From positions 186,001-250,000 of the forward strand of contig JAQGDQ010000044.1 of NCBI GenBank assembly GCA_030141605.1: DNA of 64,000 nucleotides. The letters run 5' to 3'. Numbering within the stretch: the first letter of the stretch is position 1; every line of letters begins with the position of its first letter. A program made the translations under genes and the position numbers. The notes below the pieces were generated by a model that was given only the letters and a program-made list of their open reading frames with translations, did no database searches and was not told the DNA's origin. Positions 45,628-61,500 of the stretch are shown piece by piece. This DNA comes from Tubiluchus corallicola (taxonomy: Eukaryota; Animalia; Priapulida).

Positions 45628-48600
45628 AATAATGACGATGATGATGATTATGATGATGACGAGCATGACGAAGATGATTACGCTTATTCTCAAGATAAAA
45701 TAATGATAACGATGGTTATAATGAAAATGAGAATAAAAGAATAATTATGATGATAGTGATAATAACACATTTTCATTGACACATCAGTACAAGTGGGGAT
45801 AATGATTACAAATCACTAAATGAATAAAAAGTCCAATATGGTGTAGGTACTTATTATTGGGTGTGATTAAAGTACTTATTCTTTTATTAAGTTTCACCTA
45901 TCTGTACTTCAACTAACTTACCACTCTCAATACAAGTTCACGTACGATAAAAATAAAAACCATTTAACTGCTTAGTGAAAGTTACTAGCACACAACATTG
46001 GAGGTCAGAATTCACTAAATAAAAAAAACGACTAAAACAACAAACGTCAAACAATAAAAGTTACCAGCGCAAACTGTTGGAAGAACTCTTTCACACGATC
46101 AACGTTTTCCCGGCAGATCAGTTCCTAATGAGTGACAGGCCGCACTGTTGATGAACTTCTTAACATCTCTACCACTTGTTTTCAACCATTATAGCTATCC
46201 GCAAACCGTTTTCGCTCTCAGCACAATAAGAACTCAGCTGAAAATTGTGAAAATTAGCGTTTTGCTTACACTGTCACGCTTGACGCGTCGGAAACACGCG
46301 AAAACTGCAGCGGCCAGTCAAGCCGCGTTGACGTCATTATCGCCGCTGGTCACATGCAACAAGGTATTATTTATTGGGCTTTTGTGCGCTATCAAAATTA
46401 CAGGGTTGAGACTGTCAACAAGGGAAAAATTTCAAAAGCAGACTTCATAGAACTGTGTCTGGTTGAAACTAATTCAAATTTGATAGAGTCTACAGCTCAC
46501 TTGAAGCGGTCGACCTGTTTGGTGCCACTAATTTTGTCATTACAAACTAATTATGTTTAATTGTCACTGCTTATTAAAATCCCATTATCAAAAAAGTAAT
46601 TCCTCTGAAAACAATGGTAATAAATTTATAATAACGTAGAATTTGTGTTGCTGCGCTTTCTAATTTTCTGTTGTTGATACTATACGTGTCAAAAATATTC
46701 AAACATGTGTATCGAAAAATAACTGAAAGTTAAAAAACTGTTTCCGGTGTGCTATAAACAGTTAGTAATTTTACTGAATAGTGGGACTGTAAACAGTAAA
46801 AAACAAACAAGAAAATGAAAGCCTCATTGGGAAAAAATAAGCAAAATTTGGATGAAACCTGACTTTAATTGATTTCTTATTTGCATTTATAAGTAAAACC
46901 TTCCCTAAACTCATTGTGGTGTACTACACAAACGGTCATCTTTTTCAAGCTGTTTTGCATACTTTTGTTCAAGCCAATTGTATTGCAGTAAAAATCTTAT
47001 AAGTCCTATAGTAAAAAGGATTTTTATGCATTTCGGAATGCAGCAAGCTAAAACCTAACAGTTAATGACAAGACTTGACTAATGTAAAATTGTTATGACA
47101 GTGGGACCGGGACGTACCTTAATTCAAATAATATAAAAAATACATCTCCTTCAACGAGAGAGTGAGAATTAGTGCATAAGATTAGAGATCAAGCTTTCGG
47201 GGATAATTAAATTCGCGGATGGATTTTTGTGAGTGGTCGAGAACGGGGGAAGAGGTTCGGGTCGGAACCAAAGGTTCAGAATCGAATGGTCGGAATCGGA
47301 GTTTCGGGTCATGACCGTTCCACGGGTCCACACATATTATCAGTAAATGGAGATATTACAGCGAAGTTCCACAATTTTGGCTCTAGCCTATTAATTATCG
47401 GTATGTGCCTAGAATCCTAGAGAAAGAAAAATGTTGTCTAGACTATGAGAGCAGGTTCCACCCACACACGCAGTACGGCAGGTAAACTTGCACCGACCCT
47501 GCATACTTCACTTTGCTAAGTAAACGTAAAGAAACCTAGTGGTAATCGCTTTGGTTTGCACTCAGAATAATTGCTAGAAACAATGATCATGCATTAACTG
47601 ACTAAGCAGCATTAACTGCTTGGGTGGACTGTAGATAGGCAAGATACTAATATCAGTGAGACAAGAAATGCACAAAATATTTTTCCTTAGGCGCTCTCAT
47701 TCTTTTATTTTCGTAAATTGTTCCAACATTATTAGCAAACCACACCCACCAGAATAAATTAGTCACACTAGCAAACGATTGAACGCATTCCCCGGTGTAT
47801 GTCTCACTAAAAGAAAGTCAAGCGTTTACTTCAAAAACGTTTTACAGAAAAGCGGTTGACAAATAGACGTTCTCACGAAATTTAAGCGATGAAGAATTTA
47901 ATCAAAGGCCTAGCCATTACTTCAAAAACCTAAATCAAATCGGTTTCCAAATATTAAAAACTCGAACCGGGAACTATACCGGGGTAGGTATAGGGGTCGT
48001 GATAATGAAAAAATTCAGGAATCAGCACGGAATTGAATGTGCCGGAACAGAGTTCGGAAATTGAGAAAAGTAATAGATCCCGAACACCCTAATAGGGAAC
48101 CAAACCAGCCAGAACAAACACTGAACCCAGCGATCGCAAGCCATTCACTGAACAGTCTAGCTGCTGCTTATCTTTGGTAGCCAAGCGTCCAAACAGTGAC
48201 CACACAACTAATTAACTCGCTGTATTAGAGAAATTTAAATTGTGTATTCAATTTTAAAGGTTAGTAAACTGGCTTTTTTACAAAACGCAGTCTTCAGTGA
48301 GGGCAAACACTTATAATAACTTACTATTATTTTGTCAAAACTATAATGACACGTTCTACATGAAGAACCAGCCAGTCCACAAAATTGTATGTCATTAGAG
48401 TGTGGCAGACCACTGCGTTACTAACAACAAGGTCACGCATGCAGGCTACGATAATCACAAATACGAAAAAAACGTCAACAAATTTATAGAATTAACACAA
48501 ATTGTTGATCTGAAGCAAACTAGATAAGCCAAACTAAACTGGATTTTCCTGTACCGAGTTCCGCTAAATATAGGACGCCTGTTATTACCTAAAAGTTGAT

Positions 48601-48715
48601 GTGTTTAAAAACACACACAATCTTGCCTCGAACAAATATTATATAAGTACAGATGAAAAGTTTCAGAATCTAGAGTTGTTTGAACTGAAAACAAATGGAA
48701 GAAAAAAAGAGTAAT

Positions 48716-48785
48716 GCTAATGCGGACTTGAACCACAAGTCTTTTAGCTGCAAGCTAAACCTTTTAACTGACCAAAAGCGCACAG
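48716..48785 (-). mobile_element. tRNA-derived SINE head or tRNA pseudogene
   Basis: Minus strand has a tttagc-ttgca-gctaaa arm and B-box GGTTCAAGTCC; the A-box and acceptor stem are degenerate. Confidence 0.45.
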
Positions 48786-49040
48786 TTTAGTTGACAACGA
48801 CACGCGCGTACTTAATAACGAATAACAAAGAAAAAATTCAAATTTATAAAAAATTACTTTATTGCAAAATTTAACGAAATATACAAAATAAAATTTGTAT
48901 ATTTGATTGTCAGTTCACAATACAAAAGGACTGGTGGCACCAAGGATACTTTTGACATTAATTTGTGAAATAAAATTACGTAATTATTTTTGTTATGATT
49001 GTATAAAATGACAATGGTGGCCTGCCTGAAAACTGTTCAT

Positions 49041-51541
<2,501 letters not shown>

Positions 51542-51575
51542 TTACAAGACAGTAAAGAACTCTGTGCAGTAATTA

Positions 51576-51583
51576 TGACGTCA
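51576..51583. promoter_or_regulatory. Perfect CRE (TGACGTCA) upstream of SLC66A2
   Basis: Palindromic TGACGTCA about 115 nt upstream of the ATG. Confidence 0.45.
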
Positions 51584-51954
51584 GTGATTGTATTTGTGTT
51601 TTCCTTTTGTAGAATTATTAATTTTAGACATACCTTAGTGCCGGGATCTACAACATCTTACTGTGGTTGCCTCAAAAAAGGTAGAAGTTATTGTCTTGGA
51701 ATAGTTAACCAAATTTTATCTATCTGCTATATTCACACAAAATTAAATCTTTAGGGACATTTTCAGCTGAACTGCAAAGACCAATGTGAAAAAAATCATT
51801 ACTGTTTTTTTTGTAAATTCCAACGGTGTTTTGCTACTAGATGATGTATAATTTTTACATGCATCCAATCATTGCTAAGTTGTTGTGTCAGTTCAGTGTC
51901 AGTTACAGATTCGTTTCAACAATCGTATCACATAAAAGGAATGACAGACATATA

Positions 51955-52660
51955 GCACCTACATCAATAAATCTTACTCAACACTTACAAGAATAACACT
52001 TACGCAACACCAACAACAGTAGCACTCAACCCAAGGCTTACAACAACGAGGCTCACACAACACTTACATCAATGAGGCTTACACAACATCTACAATAATG
52101 AAGCTCACATAACACCTATAACACTAACACTTACACAAGACCTACAGTAAAGACAGAAACAACGCCTACCTATGACAACAACACTTTCGATGCTTACAGC
52201 AATGAGGCTCACATAACACCTACAACAACGAGGTTCACATAACACTTACAACAGTTAGCCTCACACAACACTTACAACAATGAGAGCCACACAACATTTT
52301 AAAACACCTATAACAATGACAACATCTTTAACTAACATAACAGTTAAAACAATATCACTCACTTAACGCCTACATAACACTCTCACAATACCCACAACAA
52401 TAAATCTCACTTTACACTTACAACAATAACACTCACACAATATCTACAATAAAGGCATATAACACCTACAACAATGACACTCACACAACGCCTTCACAAT
52501 GACATCACACAACATCAGAACACCCACTCAACAGAACGCACATAAGCCGCAAGAGTGATACTTACACAACACCAACAATAATTCTAGAAAAATCTTCTCA
52601 CATGACTTCTTTATGTAAAGATACTTACACAACATCTGCCTTCACACATACAACAATTAC
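51955..52660. repeat. Degenerate CA-rich minisatellite (unit about 26 bp)
   Basis: Repeated acac(t/c)tacaacaa(t/c)gaggctcacacaac variants, strongly strand-asymmetric. Confidence 0.8.
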
Positions 52661-53817
52661 TCATTAAATAAGTGAAATGTGGCATGTAAATTACGGGCCA
52701 AAAATTATGCGCTGCATTTCAAAATATTGTGTTATACGCGATTACATGAGGAACGGAGGTTTGGCGTTGTTATTTTATCCCGAAAAGAGGATTATATAAC
52801 TACTTCCTTGACAGACTTGTTTGCTCCTTTCAAAGATGACCTACTTTTCAAGAGTTCCTGATTCAATCCCAAAAAATTTTATGGAGTCAGCAAGATTTAG
52901 CCCATTGTAATTCTGTGCAGCCAGGTGCCTCGCTATTTTGCCACTAAAAATAATTTTCTTCATTTGTTTATTTCATGTATCCGTCAGCTTCTGCAGCTTA
53001 TTTGAATAAATATTTAAAACACAAATATGACATTTGTCAGTAGATATAAATTATTTTTAGCTCTGACTTTTTGTGACTTTTTACTTTTTGGCCAACTTTT
53101 GGGTGTTTTGAGTCTGCCCTTCAGTCAGTGGGCTAGGAAAACAGCAACCGGTTTATACCCAGAGGCGTAATGGTGGGGGATAAAATAACACTCACGTTTT
53201 AGCAAGTCGTTTTGCTGACAGTTACTTTTCGCTAAAGTTTCTATAAACTTGAGCTTTTTTGCCTTGAAAGGCGCGGGAAATTAAGTAACAAAGCGGTAAT
53301 GCACGTTTAAGATTAACGCATGGTATTTCAATAGCACAAAAGTTTTCGACTTTTCGACTTTTTTAGGTGTCATTTCTAAGGTCGGTCAGCGGTCGTCGCT
53401 CAAATCGACCTTTCAACCTTCGAATTTCTAAAAGGTTAAAAATATCAATTTAGAGGTTTGGAGCTCTACGGAGTTAAGTTTCACAAAGTGTGAAGGTGTG
53501 AAGTGCTCTACGCAGAATTCGTGAGACATAGTTATAAGCTAAATACTTTTTGTTTTAATTTAGTTAGTTTAGTTTATTCTATGTGCCATAACAATGATGA
53601 CACATGAATGTGGTGAGATTAATTACAATAAATTGAAAAAAAAATAAATAATAAAAGTAATAAAAATAAAAAGTAAATAATAAAGTTTTGTTTAGTAAAT
53701 TATTGGGACTATCAAAAAAGACGAACTTGTGAAGGTCAGGTCCAATAAAGCAAACAGAAAATGTGCAGTTGCATGAATTAAAGGTAATTAAAGGGAGGAG
53801 GATTGTGACAAGTGAAT

Positions 53818-54900
53818 GTAGGTAAAAATGGCACTGGTAAAAATTGCACAAGAAAAAATGGCACGGTAAAAAATGGCACAGGAAAATTAGCACAGGAAAA
53901 ATGGCACAAATTTAAAAGTAGGCAAAAATGGCACGGGTAGAAATGACACAGAAAAACAGAAAAGAATGACACAGGAAAAAATGCCACAAAAAGAAATATA
54001 GGTAAAAATGGCATAGGGAAAAATGGTACACTTAGTAAAATATGTGTTTAGAGTTAGGGTTACAGGGGGAAATAATTATTTTAGTTATTTTTACTTCTGC
54101 GAAGCAAGTTATGCTTCAACACAGTTTGTTTGTTTGTTGTTTGTTTGTTTGTATGGTTTTTGTCTGTCTGTTACGGCAATGAGTCTATTACGCAAAATTA
54201 CGCAAAAACTGTCTAGCAGATTTACAAGAAATATTGCAAAGAATGCCGAGTATAGGGCGCGAAAACGGGAATCTTTTCGTCAGTTCTTTTTTCACAAGTG
54301 CAAAAAATATCACGTACAAAAAACGTTCATGAAGCACATTTCGTGGATGCCTCAGAAGGACTGTTTAATACTTCTTTTTGTTATCTACACCTGGACAAAC
54401 AACAACGAGTTAGTTTAACTTCGAGTTCCACTTAGAGAAATTCTAGCTTGTAAAACTGTGTAACACTGTCTATAACCTTATAAATGTGTATAGCCTTATA
54501 AGGTGACTTGGCATGTATATACTTGTCAGTCAGTTTTTACTATCGCCGAAATTAATGGTTAAAAAGATAGATTAACACTATGTGGAACATTCGTACATCA
54601 TTGTCTATATAGTGCCAAAACAAGTACATTTTTGTATGTTTGCTTGTTTATCTTTGTGTTAATTTTTTAATCAAGCAAATCAGTCAAATAAGTTAAGGAA
54701 TGTTCGGCTTAGGCAGAGATCTGCTTCCTACTGAACGCACTCTATCGTTATTATAGAAATCAATTGCTTCAAAATAACATATTTGCCATTTTTTCCTACT
54801 TTTCCAGTTGTGCCATTTTTACCTATTTTTCTATTTGTGCCATTTTTTCGTGTGCCACTTTTACCATGCCATTTTTTTCTGTACCACTTTTACCATGCCA
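53818..54900. mobile_element. Foldback-type non-autonomous element with inverted AAAAATGGCAC arrays, containing a nested Helentron-type HINE (about 54088-54746)
   Basis: Forward array at 53820-54030 and inverted array at 54780-54900. Inside is the HINE pattern: ttacttctgcgaagcaagttatg, a (GTTT/GTCT)n microsatellite, attacgcaaaaact, and a 3' end ggcagagatctgcttcctactgaacgcactcta. Confidence 0.7.
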
Positions 54901-55330
54901 GGCATGAGGATGTAACGTGAAAATGAGAAAGAAAATTAGTTACACTTGAGAATGACACGAGATTGTAACAAACTGTAAACATATCAGCAAGGTAATCGCA
55001 ATAGCAAATGGTGATAGGAATCAGATTATGTCCACCTACTTACTGAGTTTCCTTTATACTTCTTCTGTTATGGACTATAATCAGGAGTCTTCTTCTGTGA
55101 ACATAACTGAAACTTTATAAATTATTTTGTTTGTATTATACCTATAATAAGCAGACTGTGGCATTTTTCGTACTTGAGAATATTTTATAACATTGTCCAT
55201 TAGCAAATTATTTATTTATTACTGATTTTTGGAACAAGAGTATCTTATCTATTATGTGTATTGTGGGTAATAAAATGGATTGAACCTAAAAAAGGCAATA
55301 ATACGGTGCGTAAAAATGTATATCTGTAAC

Positions 55331-55350
55331 ATGACGTCATTATGGCGTCC
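55331..55350 (+). promoter_or_regulatory. Perfect CRE (ATGACGTCAT) with adjacent YY1-like ATGGCG upstream of Mondo
   Basis: ATGACGTCAT at 55331-55340 followed by TATGGCGTCC, about 200 nt upstream of the first ATG. Confidence 0.5.
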
Positions 55351-55534
55351 GCATATGTTATTTTTGGACAGCTGTTTACAGTTTACTTCTTAACTTGTTA
55401 AACGTTATCTTAAAACGTTATTCTGCGTTACTCTTGAAATTGTTAGATGACACTTTATTAAGCGTTATTTTTTAACTTAAAATTGATGTTTGATTGTAAC
55501 TGGAAGGTGGAAATGTCGTTATTAGTCACTCAAC

Positions 55535-58500
55535 ATGCCTCATTTTAGACGCCGTAGATTCTATCGTCCAGACGAACCAAATTCGAACGGAAAAATGGCA
55601 GAAGCAAAAGAGGGCATACATTCAGGCCATTTTATGATAAGCGACCCTCACAATGCTGAAGACTCCGAGCCCGGAACAGAGCCAGCTAGTCGCGACGACG
55701 CTGATTCAGTTGCCGTGGAATTACAAAGTGGCTTGATATCTGAGGCTGCTCCATCACCAAGCACTGCTGGGCGTGCTACCAAGGCAATTGATGCATCTCT
55801 TGCTAAACTATTTGAATGTATGAGTTTGGCCTACAGGTAAATATGTGAGCTTAGTCCTTTCACGTTACAGGTTTTGCAGTTACAAATCGTAACTTAGAAC
55901 AGATTTATTTGTAGTTTCTATTTGTATTTTTGGTTGTGTTTTCACCTATATATTTACCTGCTTTTTCTGTATTTATTTGCTGCTGTTTTAATGCTCTAAG
56001 TTTTTGTCATTTGTATTGTTTGCACTTGTTTTCATAAAACATTTATTGTACACGAGTTTGTAGTATGTAATAATAATAATTTTATGTAAAATTATATTCT
56101 CATACACGCAGGCTTTAGCAAAAACTGCAGAACCACAGTGTGTCAGTTACAAGACGAAATTGATTAACAACTACAGTGGTTTGAAGAAGATGACCTCTAA
56201 TTAGAATTTATTTATATTTGTTTTCACCATATCATATCATATCATAATACATTATTACATAATTTACGCTTATAAAGAAGATCAAGATGGCAAAAGACCT
56301 ACTGATCACCTGGTTTGTAATAACTGGCTTTATATGTTCTGACAGAAGTATAAAGAGAAAGTGATTGTCTTTTCAAATAATTAAAAGTTATTCCTCAAAT
56401 TTCTGCATCGTCTACAACTCCTTTTAATGTATGTATTGCAGACAGAAATGTTTATTAGCTGCTGGGGTTACTGTTTTGATCAGAAATCTTTCTAAATGTA
56501 ATGGTGAAAGAATCCAATTGTTTAAAACATTCTGTACTAATGTGTATCACTTTGGCAAGATTATTTTATATATTCATTTTGGCAGTTGAAAGTTACATAC
56601 AATAATTGTGTTAGAAAAGTGTTCAAGTTACCCCTTGATTGTAGTGCTCAGCAAATGTGCATAGATCTAAATATTCCTGATATTGATGTTATATTATGAA
56701 CGGTTATTATTCGCTTGTGATTAATTTTAATATTATTATTTGCTGTTTAAGGAATTCAGATGTTCAGGCTACATCAAAGTTACGTAATTTTTGTCTATTA
56801 ACATTGTACAGGTGACTTGCAGCATTTTAACAAAAATGCTAACTTGTAAACATTTCTTTTATTAATTTTATCTTGCAATTTTTGTAAATTTTAACTTTTT
56901 ACTGTGAATACGTTTTATGAACTTTGTGTTCCAAAATAAAGTAACTTACTTGCTTATATTCATGTGGCAGCTCTAGCATAAATGCAATATCGAATTAAGT
57001 TGAGGGCCAGTATGTTTGTGTTATAATTTGTTTTAGTCCCACCTACTATATTACCTGGGTGTTTATATGTAGTGCCCTTGGAGTGAATAAATGTCAGATT
57101 TATGTTTCATCAATTCAAAATTGCAGAACATTTGCATCCATTTGAGATCAAAATGGATTAGAGGGAACTGCGTTTATACCACCAGTAACGTTTAGTCATT
57201 GTAAATTATACTCTGTTCATGTTCTGCGTAATATTTACGTTTTAATGAAATGGAGAAACAATTTACCGTTTTCAGTGGGAAACTGACATCTCCAAAATGG
57301 AAGAATTTCAAGGGTATGAAGCTAAAGTGGAAGGACAAGATTCGTCTCAATAATGTTATCTGGAGGTGTTGGCATATTCAATGTAAGCATTATGAAGTTT
57401 GTGATACCTCATTTACTATACGAAGGTATCTTATGCAAGTAGTCCAGTGCATTAGTCAGAGGATGAATCGATGATAATCGGACCGGTATATTAAAGCAGT
57501 GCACTCGTATACTTGGAAGACGTTGTTTGTGTACGCGCGCTAAGTATAGCTGCGTCTACGATGAATTTATCGAAACAGATAGTGATTTCTTTAAAAAATA
57601 GAAGAAAATATGAGTTTTTATAATTATTTAATTAAGTTATGGTCAGGATATAAAGTCGAACAGTCGTAAGCCTCATAGGTCTTAAATCGTCAATTATCTG
57701 TAGGTAAAGTTTTTTGCAAATTTACAATTTTTTATTATATACAGAAATAATGTAAAATATTTTGTAAAAAAATATAAAACATTAGATACAATTTAAAAAT
57801 TTGTTACAAAATTTATTGTCTGAAAGTTTAGAAAAGCAGCCTAGTATGAAGTGCTTTGAAAGGCAATTTGCTAAATACGATTCTGACCTTGTAATTAAGT
57901 GAATATCAAAAAAGAAAAATGTATTTATTTCCATCATGATGTGTCTTCTAGTTCTATAGACCTAATTTAAACCTAATATAATTAAGTGGTAACCCTGTAT
58001 CAGTAATGGCCATTAGCCTTATTTGAAACAATGTACAAAAAACAACAAATTTTTAGTAACTGAATGAAAGTACAAACTAAAGGGATGTAGGAACTCTGAC
58101 AAGCTGGGTAAAGGCATATAACAAGTTCACTTTTGCATGTACTGTGAGCCAGAAAAACGTTGGTGTTTTTACGAAAGTGGTAAACTTTTAATTTTCTTGC
58201 AGATATCAAGAACAAGAATCCTATCATTTGTCAATTTTCCATCCCATCTGCTGAAACGGAAGTGCATGCTAAACCAAAGGCGAGTTTAATGCAAAATTTC
58301 AAGTTTCACTATAGGTGGAGATGTTACACACCATTAATTAATTGTTGTGAAAATTTCTACACACACAGTTAATTAATTGTTGTGAAAATTTCTACAGACT
58401 TGCTTTATTAAGTCTCAGTCGTAAGGGCACTTAATATAATGAAAAGGCTGAATTCACCCTACCATACCTGAAATGGCGTGGCTGCTTTTATATTTACCAG

Positions 58501-61500
58501 GATGCATTTAGTTTGTAATTTCCACACCACTGATTGTTTGTTCAGCTTATTGAACTACAAACTTTTGACAAATTATTCTTATGCTCACCTACCCAATTAC
58601 TAACTAGTACCAGTGGTGCTTAACTTTGGAAACTATTGAGCTCAGCCACTAGCCTAAAGTGCTGCCTCTATCCTTTCTTGATAGAACGTACCATAAGGCT
58701 ATTGCAGACTGCAAACTGTCCATATTCCTTTAACTTTTTTGATAATTAGTAACAATCGTTAAAATAATTTATGTGACGTAATTACCTGATCAGAATTTGT
58801 CTGCTTAGATGTATAAAGTGCAATTATATAACTTGCAGGTAATTTTTTGACTCATCAAAGTAACCAACTCTTTACATACCTTATTTAAATTTGCATTTTT
58901 CTAATTCTTTTAGGTTAAGACACTTGCTTTATGTTTCGATAATGAGCAAATTTGAAAATGCATTAGGCAACTCCACTAATACTTGACATGAGGAGAATTT
59001 ACTGATTGAATGAACCTACTGTTGTTGAACATATGCACCAAAATTTGATTAAAAAGAAAAATTATTAAAAATTCAAATTGAGCCAACATTTGAACCAGGA
59101 AACTTTGCATTACAAATCATTACAAATCCAACATCTGACTGATGCATTTACTCATAGGCTGTTGTTCTGGAAGGAATGTATTGGAAGAGAAAGTTGGAGA
59201 CGTGTATTGCGGAGTACAAACGCTGGCGTACATTTTCACGTAATCGAAGACTGTCTGAGACAGATGAGGTAGTAAAAAACAGCTATTCGTTTAAATAGCC
59301 CATTAAAAAATTTAAATCCCGTTTTCAGTTGAATTGCTATTAATGAAATTTTTTGCAGCTGGCAGACTACTTTTTGACATTGTAAAAAAATTTTAAAATA
59401 TGACGTTTCACTTTTTGAGTTCCTGGCAAAAAGTAACTAAAATGGTTGAAAAATGATCTTGTCTTCCCATGCAAACAGTAGATGACCATAGACACTAGTG
59501 TTTGAGTATTGAGCAAGTGTACAAAGCAAAAAATGTCAATTTATCGAATGCATTCGATCATTTGTAATGTAAAATTCTGATTAATAGACCTGCAATATTA
59601 ACAGTGATGTAGGTTGTTATTTTAGAATTAATTGAGCCAGAAAAATGTAGTGTTTGCAAACATTTCAGTGAATAACTAAAAAATGAAATTTACACAACTA
59701 CACAGAAAGTGAAAAATACCATTTGGAGGTGTTTTGTTCGAATTTATCAAACGAACTGAATCGCTTCCTGTCTGCTGATGTTATTTCCTGTTCACTTACT
59801 ATAAGCATTCTTTGTGTATTAGACTTAATTCCAGGCATTTTTACGATGATTTCTATTGTGCTTATATCTTCTATATTGACTGAAAAATGCCAAGGTCAAT
59901 GAGTGAAAAATCAGAAAAATTTATGTATTCTTTTACAGTTTCAGCTACTACAGCGCGTTGGGAATTCCGTACCCAAATATTTTGCAAGGGAAGAGAGATG
60001 GCACAAGGGTGGATACAATATAGCGACAACCGTCACGCAAGCGGCTGATTACTTTATGGAGGATGAACTGATGGATTTTTCAGATACTCTTTTTTCAACG
60101 CTGAATCAACCTTACAGTTTTCCGAATTTTCGCGAAATGAATTGTAAGTAATGGCTGCTTACTTCTAATTTAATTGTTGGTCTAAGAAATAAGAATCTTT
60201 AAATTAGGTATGGTTGGTACTTGTATGTATTTCTTACTACGTTACTGCAAAATCGATGATGTTTTGAATTTCATTTTTTTATTTCAAGCTGATTTAGCTG
60301 GCTTAGCATATAAAATTCATCAATGATCTTATAGTGGACATATGTTCACGAATCTGTAGTGTGAAATTTCCATTTAGCTGTTCATTTCATTTCTTTCTTT
60401 CTTTTTAATTGTGGTTACTGATGTCACGTTTTAACGCCAAGTTTTATTTTCGTTGTAAAAAAGATATGTACGTCAAGCAGTATGTGTAGGCCTGTTGTTA
60501 TTCTTATTATTAGTCTCTTGTTAATGCTGTTAATACTTACTACCTCTGTAGAGTACTGATTACTTTTGTTTATTTTTTGTTTATTAGTCAAAAACACCAT
60601 TGCAATTACGTACACAGATATATTACATACAGTTACACAAACTGAAAACAAAATTACTACAATTACCTATCAAGTGAGTAATCAATTAATGAACAAATGA
60701 TACAACTGCTTGCAGCTGAGCTAAAAGCTAGAATTTGGAAAGCCCAGCTGCAATGCATGGTGTGTTATTAGGTGTTAGGGGCAGGATAAAAACAGATGCA
60801 CAGTGAAAAGAGATGATGATGATGCGATGGCAAAATTAGGGTGTGGGTAAGTAATGTAAGTAAAAGAGAGAAAGAAACTAAAAATTATAGAAGAAAATAA
60901 AAAATGATGAGGTGATAATGATGAAAATACAATGAAATGGCTATAGCATGATAAGTCATTTATGAACACAGGGACGGACTGTGAGTGGCAACTAAAGTAA
61001 CAAACACAACTGGAAACAAAAATTCATGACCAAATCCACAAAGTGTTAGTTGTAGCCGGTTTTTGTTTGCAAGAAAAATATAATGGCTTTTATTTCTATT
61101 TAGAACCAGGAACAGATGATAGCCTTTTATTCTGTTGTAAATTGTATGTCAATTTATGTGTAAAAGGTTCCAAGAAATGAATGTATTGAATTTATTGCTT
61201 CGTGTGTTGTAAGAAACCTAAACTAGTAAACGGAAACAAATCAACCAAAAGAAAGAGCATTTAGTTTTGAATAAAAACATCTTATGTTAATATCTGGTGT
61301 TGCCTCAATTCACAACTCTGACGGCCATTAATGTAACGGGAGCATGCTGCCAAGTGTTTCTCACTGACATGAGGCATTTTTAACAATTTTGTTGGTTTTT
61401 GGCAATTAAAAGTGATAACAATTGCAAAAACAAATTGCACAAGGAACAACTTAATCATTTAAATATTATTCCTTATTAATAAAACAGTTTTGTATCTACT

